Below are positions 60,447 through 64,000 of a DNA stretch of 64,000 nucleotides, in pieces (positions within the stretch are counted from its first letter, which is position 1; every line of letters starts with the position of its first letter). The DNA is from an uncultured Leptospira sp. (GTDB lineage: Bacteria; Spirochaetota; UBA4802; JAGODF01). The stretch lies in NCBI GenBank assembly GCA_964502925.1, contig CAZCYH010000020.1, positions 442 through 64,441 on the forward strand, in the 5' to 3' direction. The notes under the pieces were generated by a model that had not been told where the DNA came from, did no database searches, and saw only the letters and a program-made list of their open reading frames with translations. The position numbers and the translations under genes were made by a program.

Positions 60447-61232
60447 TTATTTCGCCAGCATGCCGCCATCGACTGGTATAATCGCGCCGGTCATATAGTC
60501 GGAGGCTTTTGAGGCAAGAAATACTGCAAGCCCCTTGATGTCGTCGGCCTCACCCATGCGCGGAATGGGGATGGTCATGAGCATCGCATCCCGAAGCGGC
60601 TTCATCTCTTCCTTATCGAGATATCCCATCATGTCAGTGTGGAAAAAACCCGGTGCAATTGCGTTCACGTAGATTTTGTAGCGCGCAAGCTTAATTGCGA
60701 GGTTCATGGTGAGAAGGTTGATGGCTGCCTTAGAAGAATTGTAGGGCACTGCCGGGTGCGCTTCTTCGATCGAGCCGCGGAATCCCATCACGGAAGAGAT
60801 GTTGATCATTTTCCCGCCGCCTTTTTCCTTCATGATTTTAGCGACAGCCTGTGAAAGAATCCATACGCCGCGCACGTTGACATTGAAAATTTTATCCCAC
60901 TGTTCGAGCGGAAAATCGAGGGTAGGCGCGCCCCAGGTGACACCGGCATTATTTACAAGAATATCGATGGTGCCGAATTCCTTCATTGTTACTTCAACAA
61001 GCGACAGGATATCGTCCTTGCTGCCCATATCGCATTTCACGGGCAGGCTTTTCACTCCCAATTTTTTTAACTCTTCGGCAGTCTTTTCGAGCTTCTCAAG
61101 CTTTCGTGATGCAATTACCACGTTGGCGCCTGCCTCGGCAAGCCCCTCGGCGATGAATTTTCCAATTCCCCTTCCGCCGCCGGTGACGATGGCGACTTTT
61201 CCTTTGAGGTCGAACAGTTCCTGGACTTTCAT
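60447..61232 (-). CDS. short-chain dehydrogenase/reductase (FabG-like)
   Basis: TGGGRGIG Rossmann motif, NNAG, and the catalytic S...Y..K triad (SSKAA). RBS AGGAGG before the ATG at 61232; trimmed from ORF 60447..61376. Confidence 0.85.
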   Translation of the reverse strand: MKVQELFDLKGKVAIVTGGGRGIGKFIAEGLAEAGANVVIASRKLEKLEKTAEELKKLGVKSLPVKCDMGSKDDILSLVEVTMKEFGTIDILVNNAGVTWGAPTLDFPLEQWDKIFNVNVRGVWILSQAVAKIMKEKGGGKMINISSVMGFRGSIEEAHPAVPYNSSKAAINLLTMNLAIKLARYKIYVNAIAPGFFHTDMMGYLDKEEMKPLRDAMLMTIPIPRMGEADDIKGLAVFLASKASDYMTGAIIPVDGGMLAK

Positions 61233-61431
61233 GAGTTCCTCCTGTGGGTAGTAAGTGTCGACGCGCCGCAAATGGAGTGGGAAGATGGGGCGTGCCGTGA
61301 AAAGAGTTACTCTGGCATTTTGCGAGGCAATGTGCTGCTTGTCAAGAAGTAAGGGATGTATATTAAGCGGAGTCAAAGGTAGCCCTTCCGGTGAGATGCC
61401 GGGGGTTGATTTTGGGTTATTTTAAATTGTA

Positions 61432-61917
61432 TTAACGGGCAAATTCTGCGGCTAACAGCGCCGGATCGCTCGGTAATCCCCACCAGATGTGAAACACCGT
61501 CGCTTCTTCTATACATTTATCGTAAATTGCACAGCTTTTGTAGGGATAAGAATCCACTTCCTCGTCATACTCACCACTTTCAATGCGCTCTACCAATTCA
61601 GGGAGATATGCCAGCACCGCAATCGCAATTACATGCGAAATCGACCGCCTGAAAAACCTCCGCATATCATTGAAATAATCGTATTCCCGTTGATGAAATT
61701 TCACTTTCACCCGAACTTTTGGTATCGGCATGCCCTCTGCGTCGAAGCGCTTCTGGTATGCAATTCTTCCATGCTCCCTTTCATATTTTGCGTGATGCCG
61801 CATTGCATAGCGCATGACCGCGACGACAAGATCAATCATTGTCCATCCGGTGCGCTTCTCTGCGTCTTTGAGCAGCAGCAATACTTCGTGCGTCATCATG
61901 TACGTGGTTTTTATCAT
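61432..61917 (-). CDS. 161-aa multi-copy family protein, copy 4
   Basis: MIKTTYMMTHEVLLLLKDAEKRTGWTMIDL...AEFAR. About 90% nucleotide identity to copies 1 and 3, and the same upstream promoter motif. Confidence 0.75.
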   Translation of the reverse strand: MIKTTYMMTHEVLLLLKDAEKRTGWTMIDLVVAVMRYAMRHHAKYEREHGRIAYQKRFDAEGMPIPKVRVKVKFHQREYDYFNDMRRFFRRSISHVIAIAVLAYLPELVERIESGEYDEEVDSYPYKSCAIYDKCIEEATVFHIWWGLPSDPALLAAEFAR

Positions 61918-62080
61918 GGTTCGTCCCCGTATTGAATAGGAATTTTAAATCTCAATTATGTATAACAAAACAAATGTATAGTATTATTTCAAGCAAAATT
62001 TTGCTCCTCTCATTTGCATCACCCGATTTTAATCAATTGACAGATTGTGTTTTAACGCACTCTGTGGTGCGATTGAAATC

Positions 62081-63532
62081 ATGAATGCACAGCAGTACAT
62101 CACGGATCGCATCAAACGATTGCTCCACTGGGATGAGGAAGCTGGTGGTCGCCGCCTTCTTTCGATGGCGCTTCCGCTCATAGTGAGCACGGGCTCCTGG
62201 AGCATCCAGCACTTCGTGGACAGGATGTTTCTTGCCTGGTATTCACCCGAGGCGCTTGCGGCGTCCATGCCGGCAGGAATCACCAATTTTACAGTGATGA
62301 GCCTTTTTATTGGCACTGCCGGCTTTGTGGGTACATTTGTAGCGCAATACACCGGAGCGAAACAGCCAAAGATGGTGGGGCCAATTCTCTGGCAGGGACT
62401 CTATTTCTCTTTGATTGGAGGGATAATGCTGTTTGCCTGTGCATTTTTTGCTAAAGATATATTTGCCTTCGCGGCACACGAAGCAAAGATACAGCAGCTC
62501 GAAGTGGCATATTTTCGCATTCTCTGTTTTGGTGCCTTTCCAGCCATTGGCTCTTCGGCACTTGCGTCGTTTTTCATAGGGCGAGGGGAGAACCTCCCGG
62601 TGATGTGGAACAACCTCCTTACCACCACCATAAACCTCATGCTGGATTACGCGATGATTTTCGGTAAATGGGGATTTCCGGAAATGGGTATTGAAGGTGC
62701 GGCGCTTGCCACAGTACTTGCTGGCGTGTTCAATTTCATTTTCTATGCCGCAATCATTTTTAGAAACAGCACTAATGGTGGATATCACACGCGTGAAGGA
62801 TGGCGATTGCAGCCGGCACTTTTGGGAAGACTTTTGCGGTTCGGATTCCCCAACGGTGTGCAGTTTTTCATCGATGTTGCCGGTTTCACCGTATTCCTGC
62901 TCATGGTGGGGAGGCTCGGAACCGTTGCGCTCGCGGCAACCAACATCGCCTTCAATATCAACACGCTTGCCTTCATGCCGATGATTGGATTCGGCATTTC
63001 CGTGTCGACCATGGTCGGCAATTTCATTGGGGCGGGGAAAGCAGACGAGGCGGAGGCAATAAGCTATGTTGGCTTTATTATGACGATTGGATATATGACG
63101 TTTATTTCCTTGTTGTATGTCCTCGCACCCGGTATTTTTATTTTTCCGTTTGCTGCAGGTTCTGGAGATGTAAATTTCGAGCAAATCACCGCGCTGACGA
63201 TAGTGCTTTTGCGATTCGTGGCGTTATATTCAATTTTCGATACCGCAAATATTATTTTCGCTTCGGCGATCAAAGGAGCCGGCGACACGCGATTCGTGAT
63301 GGCAATGATTGTGACTATGTCGATGCTTGTGCTGGTCATTCCAACATATATTGCCCTCAATTTTTTCGGCGGAGGGATTGTTGTATGCTGGGCAATCGCT
63401 ACTATATATGTATGCCTGCTCGGCGTTGCGTTCTACCTGCGCTTCCGTGGCGGCAGGTGGAAATCGATGAAGGTCATCGAGGAAGCGCCGGTGATCACGC
63501 CAGTGCTTCCCGAAGTGCCGGGGCTGGATTGA
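62081..63532 (+). CDS. MATE-family multidrug/oligosaccharidyl-lipid efflux transporter
   Basis: 12 TM helices and the MATE N-terminal pattern (LLSMALPLIVSTGSWSIQHFVDRMFLA). Start placed at MNAQQY. Confidence 0.8.
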   Translation: MNAQQYITDRIKRLLHWDEEAGGRRLLSMALPLIVSTGSWSIQHFVDRMFLAWYSPEALAASMPAGITNFTVMSLFIGTAGFVGTFVAQYTGAKQPKMVGPILWQGLYFSLIGGIMLFACAFFAKDIFAFAAHEAKIQQLEVAYFRILCFGAFPAIGSSALASFFIGRGENLPVMWNNLLTTTINLMLDYAMIFGKWGFPEMGIEGAALATVLAGVFNFIFYAAIIFRNSTNGGYHTREGWRLQPALLGRLLRFGFPNGVQFFIDVAGFTVFLLMVGRLGTVALAATNIAFNINTLAFMPMIGFGISVSTMVGNFIGAGKADEAEAISYVGFIMTIGYMTFISLLYVLAPGIFIFPFAAGSGDVNFEQITALTIVLLRFVALYSIFDTANIIFASAIKGAGDTRFVMAMIVTMSMLVLVIPTYIALNFFGGGIVVCWAIATIYVCLLGVAFYLRFRGGRWKSMKVIEEAPVITPVLPEVPGLD

Positions 63533-63611
63533 ATTTTAATTTGATATGAAAATGTTTTCTTTACAGGATTATGCAGAAGTCAGTATGTCATTTTCAATAT
63601 GGAAATAACTC

Positions 63612-64000
63612 ATGGAAATATTCATTCTCACATTCGAAGCGGTTATCACCATCATAGGGATTGGCTTTTTAGGATTCTGGATCCTCAGGCGGAAGCTTTT
63701 GCCCGAGGATATCATACAGACATTGACGCCACTTGCCATCGATATTGCCCTGCCATGTCTGGTTTTTTCGAATATAATGAAAAACTTTAACCCTGCACAG
63801 CATGCAAACTGGTATCAATTCCCCCTGTGGTGGGTATTCTTCAGTGCAGCCGTGCTGATGTGCACGCTCATTTTTTCCTTTGTGATTGAAAGAAAATACA
63901 GAAACGAATTCAGAGTCGGCCTCATGTACCATAATGGTATTTTCATTCCTATGGGTATAATCAGAGGGGTGTATGGGCAGGATTCTGTCTATCTTGCCGA
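63612..64000 (+). CDS. AEC-family (auxin-efflux-carrier/malate permease-like) membrane transporter, 3' end outside window
   Basis: An open frame beginning with the ATG at 63612 (MEIFILTFEAVITIIGIGFLGFWILRRKLLP...) runs to the end of the window. It is absent from the ORF track because no stop codon is reached. Confidence 0.6.
   Translation, partial: MEIFILTFEAVITIIGIGFLGFWILRRKLLPEDIIQTLTPLAIDIALPCLVFSNIMKNFNPAQHANWYQFPLWWVFFSAAVLMCTLIFSFVIERKYRNEFRVGLMYHNGIFIPMGIIRGVYGQDSVYLA

Overview
This 64-kb window looks like a chromosomal segment from a diderm bacterium. The gene content (many 7TMR-DISM, PP2C, cNMP-binding and GGDEF signalling proteins, FadL-like porins, and a multi-copy ~161-aa paralog family) resembles a Leptospiraceae-type spirochete, but that placement is inference only.

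Housekeeping genes identified:
- efp, adk, moeA, a ThiI-like PP-loop enzyme and an ECF-type sigma factor.
- A complete F-type ATP synthase operon (atpZ/I-B-E-F-H-A-G-D-C).
- A purS-purL fusion followed by purQ.
- A YeeE/YedE-TusA-cysteine desulfurase-DUF3343 sulfur/selenium trafficking cluster.
- An aroF-type DAHP synthase, a HAD-IIA phosphatase, an SDR, and MATE and AEC transporters.

Accessory and unusual content:
1. A single 1111-aa polypeptide that fuses a PFL-activase-type radical-SAM domain to a complete glycyl-radical enzyme.
2. A minus-strand operon made of a GpgS-like (GT81) glycosyltransferase, a 1478-aa protein with a novel ~900-aa N-terminus fused to a PEP-synthase-like ATP-grasp plus phosphohistidine swivel domain, and a divergent GAPDH-like dehydrogenase.
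3. Two diverged, inverted paralogous cassettes (a ~1450-aa lipoprotein plus a FadL-family outer-membrane channel) flanking a 7TMR-DISM methyl-accepting chemoreceptor. Both lipoprotein genes are disrupted at different sites.
4. Four copies (one truncated) of a ~161-aa protein family, each carrying its own conserved promoter.
5. A ~110-bp nested-hairpin intergenic repeat in three full and two partial copies, all in the same orientation.
6. A perfect 28-bp palindromic operator upstream of the second lipoprotein/FadL cassette.

Several genes carry in-frame stops or frameshifts: the PPC-domain protein, both giant lipoproteins, the 7TMR-DISM/PP2C gene and a VOC-like gene. This points to either real pseudogenisation or indel errors in the assembly.

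No rRNA, tRNA or CRISPR array, and no recognisable transposase or integrase, was seen.
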